A stretch of DNA of 64,000 bases from Spirochaetaceae bacterium (GTDB taxonomy: Bacteria > Spirochaetota > Spirochaetia > Treponematales > Rectinemataceae), in NCBI GenBank assembly GCA_025358255.1, contig JANYKC010000086.1:24698-88697 (forward strand). Reading direction: 5' to 3'. The position numbers and the translations under genes were made by a program. The notes beneath the pieces were generated by a model, which was not told the DNA's origin, did not search any database, and saw nothing but the letters and a program-made list of their open reading frames with translations. Below, one piece after another: positions 63,371-64,000 of this stretch. The stretch's first letter is position 1; every line of letters begins with the position of its first letter.

Positions 63371-64000
63371 CTGGCGACCTCATAGATCGAAATCGATCGC
63401 GGCTCAAAGGCGATCGTGGCCCCTCCCGCGGAGGAGGGATCCCGGCGCGCATGCTCGACGACCGCATCCCCGGACCAATGCGATGAAGCGTCCTTCCACG
63501 CGCGGTCCGACAGGTTGATGATGCCGCGAATCGCACCATCGCGCGATTCCAGTGCGAACACGTCCCGGGCGATCCGCCATGCGCCGTATTCCCGGCCTCC
63601 AAGGCGATCGAAAGCCGTCACGAGGCGCGCCGTGAAGGCCAGCACCCGCTCCGTCCGCAGCTCGTCCGCGCCGTCCGAGAACATGATCTGCGAGGCCAGG
63701 AGGAAGGCCACGAGGGCTACGAGCTCCTTTTCGCGGTCACGGAGGCGGTTGTTCCTCTCGCGGCAGAACACCACGTCAGGGTCGTTCACGAAGACCGTGC
63801 CGTCGAGGATGGACCGGCCTATGGTCGCGAGCATGTTCGCGTAGGCGGAAGGCCGTCCCTCGTGCTTCGCGAGCTTCAGGACCCGGTATTCCCAGGCCTC
63901 GCGTGTGTCCGCGCCGATGCGCATGAGGGGGAAATGCCGCCAGGACGACTCGAGCGGCGCGCCGCAGCCAAGCCAGGCCACCGGCAGCCCCGACCTGTCG
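63367..64000 (-). CDS. alpha-galactosidase (GH27/GH36 clan) C-terminal part, 5' end outside window
   Basis: VFVNDPDVV motif and a beta-sandwich C-terminus. The frame stays open to the window edge. 4-nt overlap with the next gene. Confidence 0.6.
   Translation of the reverse strand, partial: DRSGLPVAWLGCGAPLESSWRHFPLMRIGADTREAWEYRVLKLAKHEGRPSAYANMLATIGRSILDGTVFVNDPDVVFCRERNNRLRDREKELVALVAFLLASQIMFSDGADELRTERVLAFTARLVTAFDRLGGREYGAWRIARDVFALESRDGAIRGIINLSDRAWKDASSHWSGDAVVEHARRDPSSAGGATIAFEPRSISIYEVAR

Noticed and set aside
1-64000. Scanned for mobile elements (transposase, integrase, phage genes), tRNA/rRNA genes and CRISPR arrays.
   Set aside because: No such coding signatures were found, and no cloverleaf-like or array-like repeats were seen in the intergenic regions. 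The only MITE-like candidate is the hairpin at 13399-13506, which is reported separately.

Overview
GC-rich bacterial chromosomal window with about 58 protein genes. I saw no rRNA, tRNA, CRISPR array, IS element or prophage gene. Recognisable blocks: grpE-dnaK-dnaJ; rpoN-hpf-hprK-ptsH, continuing on the same strand into an NtrY-like sensor kinase, a sigma-54 enhancer-binding response regulator, lexA and holA; a lgPurL-type purL lacking the glutaminase domain plus a frameshifted purQ; glycogen phosphorylase, a GH13 glucosidase and a GH27/36-type alpha-galactosidase; a GlpA-like flavoprotein trio with DUF1667; an NDH-2/DoxX fusion next to a polyprenyl synthase; an ECF sigma/anti-sigma module; MntP; a TipA-type MerR regulator; a DPPY amino-methyltransferase; a CBS-domain family II pyrophosphatase. 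HprK/HPr next to rpoN with no PTS permease nearby is reminiscent of Spirochaetota, but that is low-confidence inference. The best candidate for an undescribed system is a minus-strand cluster at 19.1-24.3 kb. It holds four end-to-end paralogues of a roughly 235-aa protein I cannot place in any family. Between them sit a translationally coupled atypical (PI3/4-kinase-like) kinase and a PPP-type phosphatase. The cluster has its own strong promoter and internal terminators, and a Hanks-type pseudokinase with a degenerate NTPase-like tail lies next to it. Other notable items: a DEAD-box helicase fold with all catalytic motifs lost and a long basic tail; a PqqD/RRE-like domain fused to a GT-A glycosyltransferase and co-transcribed with an Asp-box repeat lipoprotein; a 108-nt compound hairpin in an AT-rich divergent promoter region; a perfect 27-bp palindromic operator; a candidate Mn riboswitch upstream of mntP. 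All calls come from reading the translated ORFs and the DNA by eye; no database search was run.
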